From a virus: a stretch of DNA of 64,000 nt. The stretch is taken from the IMG/VR virus record IMGVR_UViG_3300041956_000050, positions 44,064 through 108,063 of that record, one strand, 5' to 3'. Each line of letters opens with the position of its first letter. The stretch's first letter is position 1. The position numbers and the translations under genes are program-made. The notes below the pieces were generated by a model, which saw only the letters and a program-made list of their open reading frames with translations, did no database searches and had not been told where the DNA came from. Positions 63,974-64,000 of the stretch are shown piece after piece.

Positions 63974-64000
63974 GTCCGTACCTGTCTGAAGAACTCGTCG

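Noticed and set aside
1-64000. tRNA genes, integrase, transposase, reverse transcriptase, Cas genes
   Set aside because: No cloverleaf with T/D loops and no diagnostic protein motifs were seen by eye

Overview
High-GC dsDNA tailed-phage sequence, probably infecting an actinobacterium. The host guess rests on TANNNT -10 promoters with leaderless starts, Rpf and L,D-transpeptidase genes, and secreted proteins with Lys/Cys tails that suggest Thermoleophilia/Solirubrobacterales (inference). Layout: (1) 1-15 kb, + strand: RuvC, terminase, portal-MuF fusion, lysis cassette, dCTP deaminase and small basic proteins. (2) 15-45 kb, - strand: a long arm of mostly small hypothetical genes, with a SpoU methyltransferase, HTH proteins and a UvrD-like helicase. 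(3) 45.0-46.2 kb: a non-coding divergence region with repeats. (4) 46.2-55.5 kb, + strand: accessory genes (structured-RNA cluster, AraC, YkuD, GGQ-less release-factor-like protein, LuxR). (5) 55.5-59 kb, - strand: collagen fibre genes and Rpf. (6) 59-64 kb: head genes. The main discovery is three hammerhead-ribozyme cores in the 5' part of the leftward arm. One is type III (44834-44904). Two (42224-42315, 43627-43715) share a covarying topology that matches none of types I-III: stems I, II and III are all capped hairpins, and the RNA enters and leaves through an extra stem plus hairpin inserted between A9 and G10.1. All calls were made by eye; no searches or folding programs were run.
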